From IMG/VR virus record IMGVR_UViG_3300029267_001426, positions 1-53,865 of that record: a stretch of DNA of 53,865 bases; one strand, given 5' to 3'. Position 1 is the stretch's first letter, and each line of letters begins with the position of its first letter. Shown here piece after piece: positions 27,020-36,358 of this stretch. Origin of the DNA: a virus. The notes below the pieces were generated by a model. That model was not told where the DNA came from. It saw only the letters and a list, made by a program, of their open reading frames with translations, and did no database searches. A program made the position numbers and the translations under genes.

Positions 27020-27036
27020 GCTTGTCTTTCTCCTTT

Positions 27037-27057
27037 GGGCCAGGACTGGCCTGGCCC
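27037..27057 (-). terminator. Hairpin after the capsid gene (GGGCCAGG-5 nt-CCTGGCCC)
   Basis: 8-bp GC stem in the 65-nt gap after the capsid gene stop. It may be an attenuator or an RNA-stability element. There is no U-tract. Confidence 0.4.
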
Positions 27058-27084
27058 TGATGATCGCCGATGGTCAGCCGAGGT

Positions 27085-28521
27085 CTAGATCAAGATGTTC
27101 AGGATGCCTGCTGTGTGGGTGTTTGTGGACCTGGTCCCATGGGCAGCCACAGCCTGTCTGAAACTGGTGACCATCATATACACGCGCCGACTGATGTCCC
27201 TGTCCACTTCCACAGTCACAGACCGGCGGAACCCAAGGAACCACTTGTCCCTGTTGAACAGGGTCAGGCTGCCCAAGGTGTTGCTGGCAGCAGTGGCGCT
27301 GACCTTGCCGTCAGACTCGCCCAGGGGATGGCTGACACTGGGCAGAATCGGGATGCCCCGATAGGCAGCCAGCTGCCCAGTCAGGACCACAGCATTGGAC
27401 CCAAACTTGTCCAGGGTCAAGGTGTGGTCAAGGTTCAGCAGCCCTGACAGATAGGTGGAAATGTCACAGACCATGGCCACCCGGTCTGGCCTGACAGCAT
27501 ACTTGCCCATCTTGACCAGGGCCGCCCGGATCATGGTGTCAGACACTGCCCCGCCACTGGCATCATAGGTCTGGCTGGTGTTCTCAGCAATCCACTGCCG
27601 CCGCAGCCCTGCCTGGCCATTGGTCAAGTAGTAGCTGTCACTGGCCGGGGCAGCATCGTCACTGTTGATGTTCCCAGTGGCAGTGGCTGTGCTGTCAGCA
27701 TTGATGGTGAAAGCATCAATCTGTTCAGCGCCCTCCCTGGCCAGGGTCGCCCGCAAGGTGGGGGCCATAGCAAAGGCCGCATCTTCTTCCAGGGCATAGT
27801 CCCAGTTTTGTTCTGCCACTTGTTCAGTGGATGTCATCACTGACTGGGCTGTGGTGGGGTCCTCAGCCGTGACAGGAACCCCAGCGGAACCCTTTCTGAA
27901 AGTGACAGTGGTCAGACCCAATGGAACGTTGAAAGGGTCAGTGGGCATGGGGATGACTGGGATGGCCCCAGCCACCAGGCTGGGGGGGAAAAAGTCCTCC
28001 CATAGCTGGGCAGCCAGGTCAGTGGGGACCCATTCATCCCCAGCCCCAGTTCCGGTGGCAGTCAGCAGCTTGATGACATTGCCCATGTCCTGGCTGGGCA
28101 GCCGGACCTTGTCATCCCCAGGCATGTGCCCTTTCTGTTCCTTGATGGTGTGCTGGGCTTGCAGCATGACAGCTGCCAGATGAAAGTCCACTGGCTTGAC
28201 CTTTTGGCCGCCATACCAGGCATAGCCATCCTTAGTCATGTTCTGGACCAGATGTCTATACCTGTTGTCAGCCAGCAGCCTGACTGATTCTGGGCTGTCT
28301 ACACTGTAGGCCCCAATGGGCGTGCCGCGCACAGGCTGACTGTTCAGCTGTTCCTTGACCTGGGCATCCACCAGGGCCTTGATCTGGTCCCCAAAGGTGT
28401 CCACGATAGTGGGCCAGTCCAGGGTGGCCCGGTCGCCGGCGCTGTTGTGTTCTTTCACTGTGGTGGTCAATTCCTGAATGCCTTGCAGCAATTCAGCCAT
28501 GGTGATGTCTTGTTCAGACAT
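27085..28521 (-). CDS. Major capsid protein, HK97 fold
   Basis: 478 aa with an N-terminal coiled-coil delta-like region, then the typical HK97-family core (…YALEEDAAFAM…FTINADS…MVCD…LTLFNRDKW…). RBS is AGAAAGGA. It follows the protease gene. Confidence 0.9.
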   Translation of the reverse strand: MSEQDITMAELLQGIQELTTTVKEHNSAGDRATLDWPTIVDTFGDQIKALVDAQVKEQLNSQPVRGTPIGAYSVDSPESVRLLADNRYRHLVQNMTKDGYAWYGGQKVKPVDFHLAAVMLQAQHTIKEQKGHMPGDDKVRLPSQDMGNVIKLLTATGTGAGDEWVPTDLAAQLWEDFFPPSLVAGAIPVIPMPTDPFNVPLGLTTVTFRKGSAGVPVTAEDPTTAQSVMTSTEQVAEQNWDYALEEDAAFAMAPTLRATLAREGAEQIDAFTINADSTATATGNINSDDAAPASDSYYLTNGQAGLRRQWIAENTSQTYDASGGAVSDTMIRAALVKMGKYAVRPDRVAMVCDISTYLSGLLNLDHTLTLDKFGSNAVVLTGQLAAYRGIPILPSVSHPLGESDGKVSATAASNTLGSLTLFNRDKWFLGFRRSVTVEVDRDISRRVYMMVTSFRQAVAAHGTRSTNTHTAGILNILI

Positions 28522-28524
28522 GGT

Positions 28525-30033
28525 TCAGTTTTCCTTTCTAGGTGTGGGGTCCAGGACCCCTTTCAATTCATTCAACGCTTGGCCCAGGGCATTTCTGGCA
28601 TCCTGGTCCAGGGCCTGTGGGCTGCCGTCTAGGTCCAGCCCAGCACCATCCTGGCCAGGGGCATCCAGCCCCAGTCTTTTCTGGACCAGGGCCTTGGCTG
28701 CCCTGATCCCCCTATATGTCAGCTGACAGATGCCCAGTCCCCGGTGGGGGCTGCCGTCTAGGTCCAGCCCCTTGACCAGGCTTTCCCTGGGCAGGGTCAG
28801 CAAAACATCAGACAAGTCACGCACGTCCCAGGCATCTGACTGGACCAGCCTTTCATCAGTGGCATCCCTGCCACCAGTGGACCAGACAGCATCCTCCCCC
28901 CACTTTTCACTGTAGAATGGAATGGGGGGCACATAGAAACAGTCAAGGCCCTTGATGGTCTGGCCAGCATCTGGGTGGGGGATTTCAGTCAGGTCCCCAG
29001 TGTCAGGGTCAAAGTCCAATTTCGTGGCATCCTCTGGGATGTCCATCACCCAAGGGCTGAAACAGGCCAGGGCCAGCTGGACCCCTGTGTTGGTTTCCAC
29101 CTCGAGACGACGAACCCAGGCCAGGTCATCCCCCTGGGGCTGGGCCTTGCATTGGTCACATAGGAAAGGCAGGCCCCTGGCTGTCAGCAGTTTGACCACT
29201 GACTGGGTGGCCTGGAAATCTGACCCGCAATTCCTACAAACACAGTCAACAGGGTCAGCCCCTGGGGCAGCCAGGTCATAGACCTGAATGGCATACTGGC
29301 CACTAGGGGCCACAGCTGTTGAACAGTTATGGTCTGACCAGGTCCCTGTGATGGGGTCCTGGACCAGCCGCTGTTCAGCATCAGCCATCACCCTGCCTAT
29401 GAATGCCTGGGCCTTTTCACCATCAGACAAGGTGGCTGTGGTGTCAGACTGCAAGGTCCCAGCTGATGGCCAGGTCAAGCCCTGGGGGGCAGCCTGGGCC
29501 TTGAATTCAGCAGCATCTGGCCAGACCCAGGCCCTGGTGTCCAGCCCCTGGTCCCTGGCATAGGCCAGACCCTTGGCCATCGCGCGCAGGGCATCAGCAT
29601 TGGCAGGGACTGGCACAAGTGAAACCTCCAACAGTTCAGAATCCAGGAAATCCAGGCCCCCAGAATCGTTGTCTTTCCACTTAAGGGGCTGGAATCCGAT
29701 GCTGAAAGCCCTGACAAAGTCCTGGTCCCATAACAGCTGAATGATGTGCATGGGGTCCTGGGGGCTGGCTGGTGGCCGCCATACTGGCAGCAATTTCAGG
29801 CCATCCTGGGTGGGTTCCACCTCAGTGGCGCGGCCGATGACAGCAAAGGGGTCAGCATAGTTATGGCCCCACAGGACCACAGGGTTTCTTTCATAATTGC
29901 CCAGCCGCAGGCCCAGAACCCTGTCTGACTGCCTGTCCAGCCCAGCTGTGCTGACTGTGACCTTGCCATTGGGGTCCTTTTGGATGGTGAATTCTTTGTG
30001 GACCACACCCAGGGGGAATTTGTTGTCATTCAT
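28525..30033 (-). CDS. Prohead serine protease (HK97/S78 family) with 330-aa C-terminal extension
   Basis: VLWGHNY (His) and AFSIGF (Ser), followed by LEVSLVPVPAN. The extension carries CVCRNCG...CDQC and a duplicated GLDLDGSP motif. ATG in a TAATG overlap with the portal stop. Confidence 0.8.
   Translation of the reverse strand: MNDNKFPLGVVHKEFTIQKDPNGKVTVSTAGLDRQSDRVLGLRLGNYERNPVVLWGHNYADPFAVIGRATEVEPTQDGLKLLPVWRPPASPQDPMHIIQLLWDQDFVRAFSIGFQPLKWKDNDSGGLDFLDSELLEVSLVPVPANADALRAMAKGLAYARDQGLDTRAWVWPDAAEFKAQAAPQGLTWPSAGTLQSDTTATLSDGEKAQAFIGRVMADAEQRLVQDPITGTWSDHNCSTAVAPSGQYAIQVYDLAAPGADPVDCVCRNCGSDFQATQSVVKLLTARGLPFLCDQCKAQPQGDDLAWVRRLEVETNTGVQLALACFSPWVMDIPEDATKLDFDPDTGDLTEIPHPDAGQTIKGLDCFYVPPIPFYSEKWGEDAVWSTGGRDATDERLVQSDAWDVRDLSDVLLTLPRESLVKGLDLDGSPHRGLGICQLTYRGIRAAKALVQKRLGLDAPGQDGAGLDLDGSPQALDQDARNALGQALNELKGVLDPTPRKEN
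28619..28641. repeat. 23-nt direct repeat copy 1 (gggctgccgtctaggtccagccc)
   Basis: Identical to 28748..28770. It has internally palindromic arms GGGCTG/CAGCCC and encodes GLDLDGSP on the minus strand. Confidence 0.85.
28748..28770. repeat. 23-nt direct repeat copy 2
   Basis: Exact copy of 28619..28641. Confidence 0.85.
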
Positions 30034-32399
30034 TACACATAGCTCCACATCTGGTCTGGGCTTGCCCCAGCCACTAGGTAAACAGCATCACACCGACATT
30101 GTATATTCTCAGCTGGCACAGTCCCCATCCTGGGGGCCAGCATCCTGTCAGCCCCTATCTGGAATTGGTCATCCAGACCAATGGGGGCTTTGCTATAGGT
30201 CAGATGGGCATCAAAGTGGGTGTCCCTGGTTCTTTCGTCCATAGCAGCCAGCCATGTTTTCTGTTCAATGACCCCAGACTGTCTGGCTGATTCCTGCCTG
30301 CCAATGGACCTGGCTTTCCCCATTTCTGTTCTGGCAATTCTCTGCCTCTGCCAGTCCTCAGTCCTTAGCCCAAAGACATTGTCAGTTCTGATGCCCAGTT
30401 CTTTCTGGGTCTGCCAGGCTGTCCAGCCATTGTCAGCAGCATCTGTCAACAGCTGCCGCAGGGCCTTTTCAAGCTGTTCCAAGGTGGCCCCATTGATGTC
30501 ATCAGCAAACTTGAACCGCATGTCCTTGATGGCCTGCTGAATGTAGGGGACAGACATGTCAAAGGGGACATCAATGGCCAGTTTTGCCAGCACATCTGCC
30601 CCAGCTGCCCTGGTCATATCAGTATACAGGGGTTCATAGGCCAAGGCAAAAAACAGGACCCATTCATCCAGGTCAAAAAGGTCCTTGGCTGTGCTGGGGA
30701 TGTGGGGTTCCCTGCCCTCTGGGACATCCTCAGCCAAGGCAGCCACAGCCCTGGCCACAGCCTTGGCCTGCCTTTCCAGGTCCCTTTCCAGCTGGTCTGC
30801 CATCCTATTTTCAAAGGGCATGGACACACCCTGGATGGATTTCCACAGGGCCTTGTGGACCTGGCCACCATATTCTGGCCCCTGGGGCTGGACCTTGATC
30901 TGGGACACTGCTGCCCTGACCTGGGCCAGCTGTTCAATGGCATCACTGGCATCAGCTGTGATCTGGATGGCTGGGCCTGGGCCATCGGCTGTCAGGACCT
31001 GGCCAGGAACCCACAGTCCAGACATCCTGTCTGCCAGCTTGTCTGCCAGGCCATCCAGGGCCTGGGTGACAGACTGGTCAATCATCCCCTGAACCTGGGC
31101 TGGTTCCATGCCAGTGGGGGCTGTTCTCTCAGCTGCTGCCAGGATGGGCATCACTCCAATGGGCACAAAGCCCACATCCCCACCAGGGACTGGCCCCAGG
31201 TCTAGGCCCAGCCTGTCATTGATCATGTTCCAAGGGATGCCCATGGACCAGTATTTCTGGGCAGCATCAGCCTTGACTGTGATGTCCTCTTGGACAGCCT
31301 TGACTGTTGAAAGGTCAGTGGCCACCCTTTCCCCAGCTGTCAGCATGGGCCTGGTCCTGGTGAAAAAGGACGACAAGGTCAGGTCCCTGGCCCTGATGAA
31401 TGGCAGCAGGGTCAGCAGCCACAGCCACTGGTGTGCCTGGTCCATGTTTTCATAGGTGTCCTTGCCCCAGCCCATGACCTCGTCTGGGATGCCCAGGATG
31501 CTGCCAACAGCCTGCCGACTGTTCCCCCTTTGTTCAAGCCATTGGACGTCAACAGGGGGAAAGCTGAAAGACTTGATGTCTGTGACCCCATGTTCTAGCA
31601 CGATCGGTTTATGCCAGTTATCTGGTCCCTGGTGTTTCTCAGTCAGGATGGCCAGATATTCATCCCTTTCTGTGGGTCCCAAGCCCTCTGGGGCAATCAA
31701 GGCATAGTCTGGCCTGGCGCCATTTTTCAGAAACCTCTGGGACCACTGCTGGGCATAGATGTCAATGGTGACATCCTCCCTGGCAGCTGAAATGGGGGAC
31801 AAGCCCCGCCAAGCTGACAGGGGATTGACATACTTGTCATGGATGACCTGGTCCCTGCCTAGATTCACATCGTCAGCAGTCTGGTCAGTGTAACCAGCTA
31901 CAATGGGAAAGCCCAGCCTGGCCTGGGTTTCATCTGGAATGACCAGCATCTGGTCAGGTCTGCGCGCCCACAGTTCAGCTGGCTGGCCAGCCCTGTCATC
32001 AATGACCCTGATGAAAGATTCCCCACCCAGCAACTTGTGTAAACAATAGGACTGCCACAGGTCTGCTGGTTTCTCAGATTCATTGACATGGCCCAGCAGC
32101 TGGGTCAGGGGATGGCTGTCCTGGGGTTCCCCATCAGAATTGACCACCCTGACTGGCAGGGCTGCCACAGAATTGGCATAGATGGTCACAGCCTTGGCCA
32201 CCCAGACATAGCTTTGATAGACTGTGGCCCAGCCCACATATTCTGAAATCTGCTGCTGGAATCCCTGGTCAGCAGATGAACTGTATACATGTTGCCGCCC
32301 CTCGAGTTCAGGGTGATGGCTGATTGCCTTGCCAGTCAACAGCTGCCAGGCTGCCCTGGCCCTTTGCAAAAAAGTCATCTGGTCCACTTGTGTTGTCAT
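30033..32399 (-). CDS. Portal protein fused to a Mu F / SPP1 gp7-like head morphogenesis domain
   Basis: The N-terminal 480 aa or so is HK97-type portal. The C terminus has IARTEMGKA...DERTRDTH...IQCRCD, typical of Phage_Mu_F. ATGA overlap with terL. Confidence 0.85.
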   Translation of the reverse strand: MTTQVDQMTFLQRARAAWQLLTGKAISHHPELEGRQHVYSSSADQGFQQQISEYVGWATVYQSYVWVAKAVTIYANSVAALPVRVVNSDGEPQDSHPLTQLLGHVNESEKPADLWQSYCLHKLLGGESFIRVIDDRAGQPAELWARRPDQMLVIPDETQARLGFPIVAGYTDQTADDVNLGRDQVIHDKYVNPLSAWRGLSPISAAREDVTIDIYAQQWSQRFLKNGARPDYALIAPEGLGPTERDEYLAILTEKHQGPDNWHKPIVLEHGVTDIKSFSFPPVDVQWLEQRGNSRQAVGSILGIPDEVMGWGKDTYENMDQAHQWLWLLTLLPFIRARDLTLSSFFTRTRPMLTAGERVATDLSTVKAVQEDITVKADAAQKYWSMGIPWNMINDRLGLDLGPVPGGDVGFVPIGVMPILAAAERTAPTGMEPAQVQGMIDQSVTQALDGLADKLADRMSGLWVPGQVLTADGPGPAIQITADASDAIEQLAQVRAAVSQIKVQPQGPEYGGQVHKALWKSIQGVSMPFENRMADQLERDLERQAKAVARAVAALAEDVPEGREPHIPSTAKDLFDLDEWVLFFALAYEPLYTDMTRAAGADVLAKLAIDVPFDMSVPYIQQAIKDMRFKFADDINGATLEQLEKALRQLLTDAADNGWTAWQTQKELGIRTDNVFGLRTEDWQRQRIARTEMGKARSIGRQESARQSGVIEQKTWLAAMDERTRDTHFDAHLTYSKAPIGLDDQFQIGADRMLAPRMGTVPAENIQCRCDAVYLVAGASPDQMWSYV

Positions 32400-33787
32400 G
32401 CTGCCCTGCCCCTTAACCAGACCCAGTTTTCAAGGGCCTGACATGCGTGATCATTCCCATCAGCTGGGTCATCCTCAAAGGACCCATCCCTGTTTTCTTT
32501 GTTCCTATAGCCTGATGTGATTTCATCCAGCAGGCTGACACATCTGGGATGAATCATCAAGGTCCTGACCCCTTGGCCATCCTTGATCAATGCCCTGGTT
32601 TCCCTGATGGCTGCCTTTCTTGTGCTGCTTTCCCCCTTGACCTTTCTGGCCATCCAATTCCTGGCAGGGATGTCAGCCTGGGTCAATCGTCGACGCAGGG
32701 CCACCGCTTCATGGGCCACTGCTGCCAGTTCTGGGAACCTGACCCCATGTGCCCTCAGCCAGATGGACCTGTCCTGATACCTGGTGAATGTTTCTGGCAT
32801 GGGGGCCTTGTGGCCTGCCAGCCTGTGTTCATGTTCCAAGGCTGCCCAGGGGGACTGTTCATAAAGTCTGGTCTGGATGTCCCTGATGGTCTGTTCCTCC
32901 AATTGCCTTGATCTGTAATTCTCAGCAAAGACCAGGGCCTTGGAACCCTGTTTCTGAACCCAGACCACTGCCCTGGGATCAATGTAGCCATCGTCAATGC
33001 CCAGTTCAAAGGGCAGCTGGGGATCATAGTCCATCTGGTCTGTGACATTGGCATCACTGAAATCAGCATAGACCAGACCGCTGACTGGTATATACCAGTC
33101 GCCATCCACCCAGGCCCTTTGCAGTCTGGGTGGCAAGGTGGCCAGCATGTCCCAGTAGCCCTGGTCAAGGTGGGGATTGTCCCTGGGCAAGGCGCGCACA
33201 AAGGCGAATTCATGTTCATGCCCAGCCATGTGGTCTGGCATCTGCTTTTCAACAAAAAGGGACCTGACCCACTTGAAATATTTGCCATCAGGGTTAGTGG
33301 CCCCAGCCAGAAAGACGTCACTGATGCCTGGCCATCTTAAGGACCCTCTGAGAATGTCAAAGACCTTGGGTGGGTTTTTGGTCAGTTCATCTATGCCCAT
33401 CCCTGCGAATTCTACAGATTGATACTTGCTGGGGTCATCCAGGTTTCTTAACAGAATCCCGCCCCCACCATAGCAGTCATGCAAGAACCAGCCCAGGCCA
33501 TCTGCTTTCGTGGTCCCCAAGTAGCCCAGCCAGTCAGGGAATTCAGCCAGCTTGGAAATCTGCCTGTCCTTAAGGCTTGGGTAGTCCTCGCAAAACAGCC
33601 CCACCCTGACCCTTTCATGGCCCTGCTGTGCCCACAGCAGCAGCCGCCGCACAAGATACCACCTTAGCCAGAATGATTTCCCAGGACCCCTGGCCCCACC
33701 GAATAAAGTGTATTTGTGGGTGTCAGCTGCCCTGGTGGCATCCATCTGCTTTGTGGTGAATGTGCAAAGGTCAGAAAGTTTGACCAT
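32396..33787 (-). CDS. terL: Terminase large subunit
   Basis: Walker A LFGGARGPGKS, with a nuclease-half pattern downstream. TGATG overlap with terS. It lies just upstream of the portal gene. Confidence 0.9.
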   Translation of the reverse strand: MVKLSDLCTFTTKQMDATRAADTHKYTLFGGARGPGKSFWLRWYLVRRLLLWAQQGHERVRVGLFCEDYPSLKDRQISKLAEFPDWLGYLGTTKADGLGWFLHDCYGGGGILLRNLDDPSKYQSVEFAGMGIDELTKNPPKVFDILRGSLRWPGISDVFLAGATNPDGKYFKWVRSLFVEKQMPDHMAGHEHEFAFVRALPRDNPHLDQGYWDMLATLPPRLQRAWVDGDWYIPVSGLVYADFSDANVTDQMDYDPQLPFELGIDDGYIDPRAVVWVQKQGSKALVFAENYRSRQLEEQTIRDIQTRLYEQSPWAALEHEHRLAGHKAPMPETFTRYQDRSIWLRAHGVRFPELAAVAHEAVALRRRLTQADIPARNWMARKVKGESSTRKAAIRETRALIKDGQGVRTLMIHPRCVSLLDEITSGYRNKENRDGSFEDDPADGNDHACQALENWVWLRGRAA

Positions 33788-34203
33788 CAGAAATCCACTG
33801 TGATCAAGGGGCTGCCCTTGATGTCCACTTGGGTTCTTTCAGTGTATAGGCCAAGTAGCTTGGCCTCGTCTTGTAAGATTCTCAGCTTGAATTCTGGGTC
33901 CTGGCTTTTGCGTCTCAGTTCTCGCCGGGCTGCTATGGCCTGGCCTAGTGCCGACACCATGCATTCATCTGTTATTTCAGCCAGCCTGGCCCTTGCCTTG
34001 TATATGTAATTTCTGGCCTGCCTGTGCCCCAGGTCCCATTCTTTGGAAATAAAAGGAACCAGGGCCTGGTCATCCCAGCCATCACATATCAGCTGAAAGA
34101 CAGTATTGATCCGCTTGGCCAATTCCCCATTGGTGGCCCTTTTTTTCTTGGGCTGGTCCTGGTCCTTGCCCTTGCCCTTGTCCTTGTCAGCCATTGCCCC
34201 CAT
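33787..34203 (-). CDS. terS: Terminase small subunit
   Basis: 138 aa with a basic N terminus and a helical DNA-binding-like core (RQARNYIYKARARL). It lies immediately upstream of terL. Confidence 0.65.
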   Translation of the reverse strand: MGAMADKDKGKGKDQDQPKKKRATNGELAKRINTVFQLICDGWDDQALVPFISKEWDLGHRQARNYIYKARARLAEITDECMVSALGQAIAARRELRRKSQDPEFKLRILQDEAKLLGLYTERTQVDIKGSPLITVDF

Positions 34204-34206
34204 CCA

Positions 34207-34941
34207 TCACTTGATGGCCACCCAGCCACAGAAATTCATCCACCTCCAGAAACAGTCAACAGCCCTGAACCCAGCCTGGGTCAGCAGCTGTTCATTCCAG
34301 GCAGCTGTCACAGGGACCAGGACCCCTGACAGGGCCAGCCGCTTTCTTTCAATGTCATCCTGGGAATAGCCATTCTGGGCCTTGAATCCGTGGTATAGGT
34401 CCACCATCAGGCCATTGACCTGGGCAGTGGCCCCCAGGACCTTTTCCACCAGGATGAATGCCCCACCATCTTGCAAGCTGTCATAGACGTCCTGGACCAG
34501 CTGCTGTCTACATTCCAGGGGGACAAACATCATAGTCAGGATGGACTGGATGACACTGGCCATGCAAGGGGGGAAATCCTTGGCCAGGTCCAGGTCCTTG
34601 ATTCTGACACAAGGGCTGGGGCCATCCACAAAGCCCCCAAAACGATCGCGCAAGACGTCAAGCATAGGGGGGCTGGTTTCCACCAGGACAAAGCTGTTGG
34701 TCATTCCCCACAGGTCCACCAGGGGGGCAATGCTGGCCCCTCGACTAGCCCCCAGGTCCACTATGTCAGTGTGGGGCATCCTGAACCTGACAGCCAGGTC
34801 ATAGCATGCGCGCCGCATCACATCCAGCTGGGGGATGGACCTGGCCAGCATGTCATCAAAAACCTGGGTGACCTGGTCATCAAAGGCCCAGCGGTCTGGA
34901 CTGTAGCCTGTGTCAGTTGGGTGATCCTGTGAATGATCCAT
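34207..34941 (-). CDS. cmoA: CmoA-like carboxy-S-adenosylmethionine (Cx-SAM) synthase
   Basis: 244 aa, collinear end to end with E. coli CmoA as I recall it: WAFDDQVTQVFDDMLARSIPQ, motif I VDLGASRG, FILVEK, YHGFKAQNGYSQDDIERKR, and C-terminal WMNFCGWVAIK. The start at ATG 34941 comes after the upstream TAG. The longer track ORF is rejected. Confidence 0.8.
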   Translation of the reverse strand: MDHSQDHPTDTGYSPDRWAFDDQVTQVFDDMLARSIPQLDVMRRACYDLAVRFRMPHTDIVDLGASRGASIAPLVDLWGMTNSFVLVETSPPMLDVLRDRFGGFVDGPSPCVRIKDLDLAKDFPPCMASVIQSILTMMFVPLECRQQLVQDVYDSLQDGGAFILVEKVLGATAQVNGLMVDLYHGFKAQNGYSQDDIERKRLALSGVLVPVTAAWNEQLLTQAGFRAVDCFWRWMNFCGWVAIK

Positions 34942-34954
34942 TGATCCTGTCCCC

Positions 34955-36358
34955 CTATGCCTGGACCCCTGAAAAGGCCCTGATGAATTCTGCCCTATAG
35001 AATCGGGCTGGACTGGGCAGTCTGTTTCTGATGGCAGCCTTGATGCCCATCCCATCCTGGAAAGCCAGCTTGGGCCTTTCACAGATGTGGTCAGGCAGAA
35101 TGCCCCTATAGGCCAGGGACAGGACTGCCTTTTCCTTTTCGTGCTCAGCAGGCCCCCTGACAGCTGCCCTGGAAAGGCCCAGGGCATACTGAACCAAGCC
35201 CTGGGACAAAAAGGGTAGTCTACATTCTACACCATAGGCCATGAATGCTTTGTTAGCCCTGGCGAAATTTTTCCTATGCTGCCCCAAGAAAAGGCCCCGC
35301 CGATAGGCATGCCAGCCAGATGAAATGACCCCATGATAGCTGAAACCATAGCTGGCCCACAGTTCGTCTGAACCCTCCCCAGAATAGGTCACCTTGAACC
35401 CATCCTGGGCCATGGCCTTGGCCAAGTGTAGGCAGGGCCAGCCAATTTCCACTTGGGCCTTGTGGGGCATTTCAATGATCTGGACCACCCTGGCCAGGTC
35501 ATCCCTACCAGGGCAAGGGACTGGGATTTCTTTCAGATGGACACCCAGCTGGCCGCAGATGTGCCGAGCAGCAGCCAGGTCCTTTGAATGGGGATTATAG
35601 ACAGCAGTATAGGCAGTCACATCCCTGAAATGCTGGACCAGATGCCATAGAACAGCCGATGAATCAATGCCCCCAGAAATCAGGCAGCAGACAGGGACAT
35701 CAGACAAGGTTCTGGCCAGGACCCCATCCTTGACCAATGTCTTGACCTGGACTGATGCCTGGACCAGGTCATCTGGCAGCCTGCCTGGCTGAATCTCAGC
35801 AAAGGGCCTGGCAATCATCCCATCCTTGTGGGCAGACACCACATAGCCAGGCTGAACCCAGGAAACAGACCTGGGATGGCAGCCCATGGCCAGCAGGGCC
35901 TTGATTTCAGATGCAAAGCAGAAAGGCTGCTGCTGGCTGATGTGGACTGGGATTTCCCCAAAGATGTCCCTGGCCACAAAGACCTGGCCATCTGCCCAGG
36001 ACCAGGCCATGGCAAACATCCCATCAAACTTGGGCAGGGCATCCAGGCCCCATTCATTCAAAGCCGCGGCTATAATCTCAGTGTCCCCAGTGGTCCTGAA
36101 CTGGTGGCCGAGCTCGAGCAATTCAGCCTTGATCTGGGCACAGTTCCACAGTTCCCCATTATAGACCAGGTCCAGGCCATCCCTGTGGAATGGCTGGTCT
36201 GACCTGGGCAAGGGGTCCAGAATAGCCAGCCTGGTGGCCCCCAGAAAGGCTGACCCAGACTTGACCAGCCCCTGGCCATCAGGCCCCCTGTGGACCAAGG
36301 CAGCCATGCCCTGTAGGGTGGCCTTTTCTGACCTGAACCCGCCGACTATACCACACAT
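34955..36358 (-). CDS. Asparagine synthetase B-type glutamine amidotransferase / amidoligase (as a separate gene from the internal ATG)
   Basis: MCGIVGG (Ntn Cys2), HRGPDGQG, RLAILD, YNGELWN, GMFAMAW, PP-loop CLISGGIDSS and YSGEGSDELW. AAGGTGG lies 7 nt before ATG 36358. Confidence 0.7.
   Translation of the reverse strand: MCGIVGGFRSEKATLQGMAALVHRGPDGQGLVKSGSAFLGATRLAILDPLPRSDQPFHRDGLDLVYNGELWNCAQIKAELLELGHQFRTTGDTEIIAAALNEWGLDALPKFDGMFAMAWSWADGQVFVARDIFGEIPVHISQQQPFCFASEIKALLAMGCHPRSVSWVQPGYVVSAHKDGMIARPFAEIQPGRLPDDLVQASVQVKTLVKDGVLARTLSDVPVCCLISGGIDSSAVLWHLVQHFRDVTAYTAVYNPHSKDLAAARHICGQLGVHLKEIPVPCPGRDDLARVVQIIEMPHKAQVEIGWPCLHLAKAMAQDGFKVTYSGEGSDELWASYGFSYHGVISSGWHAYRRGLFLGQHRKNFARANKAFMAYGVECRLPFLSQGLVQYALGLSRAAVRGPAEHEKEKAVLSLAYRGILPDHICERPKLAFQDGMGIKAAIRNRLPSPARFYRAEFIRAFSGVQA

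Noticed and set aside
34942-35187. N-terminal 82-aa extension of the CmoA-like track ORF. The same applies to the 37523..37540 extension of the MTase ORF.
   Set aside because: The extension overlaps the 3' end of the upstream AsnB-like gene in another frame. Homology to CmoA starts right after ATG 34941. The ATGA overlap at 37522 is the better start for the MTase ORF.
34955-36358. QueC or Gat-QueC (7-deazaguanine pathway) reading of the PP-loop enzyme
   Set aside because: The N-terminal MCGIVGG Ntn-glutaminase, YNGELWN, SGGIDSS and SGEGSDE match the AsnB architecture, not QueC. No DpdA/TGT, FolE, QueD or QueE homolog was seen anywhere in the genome.
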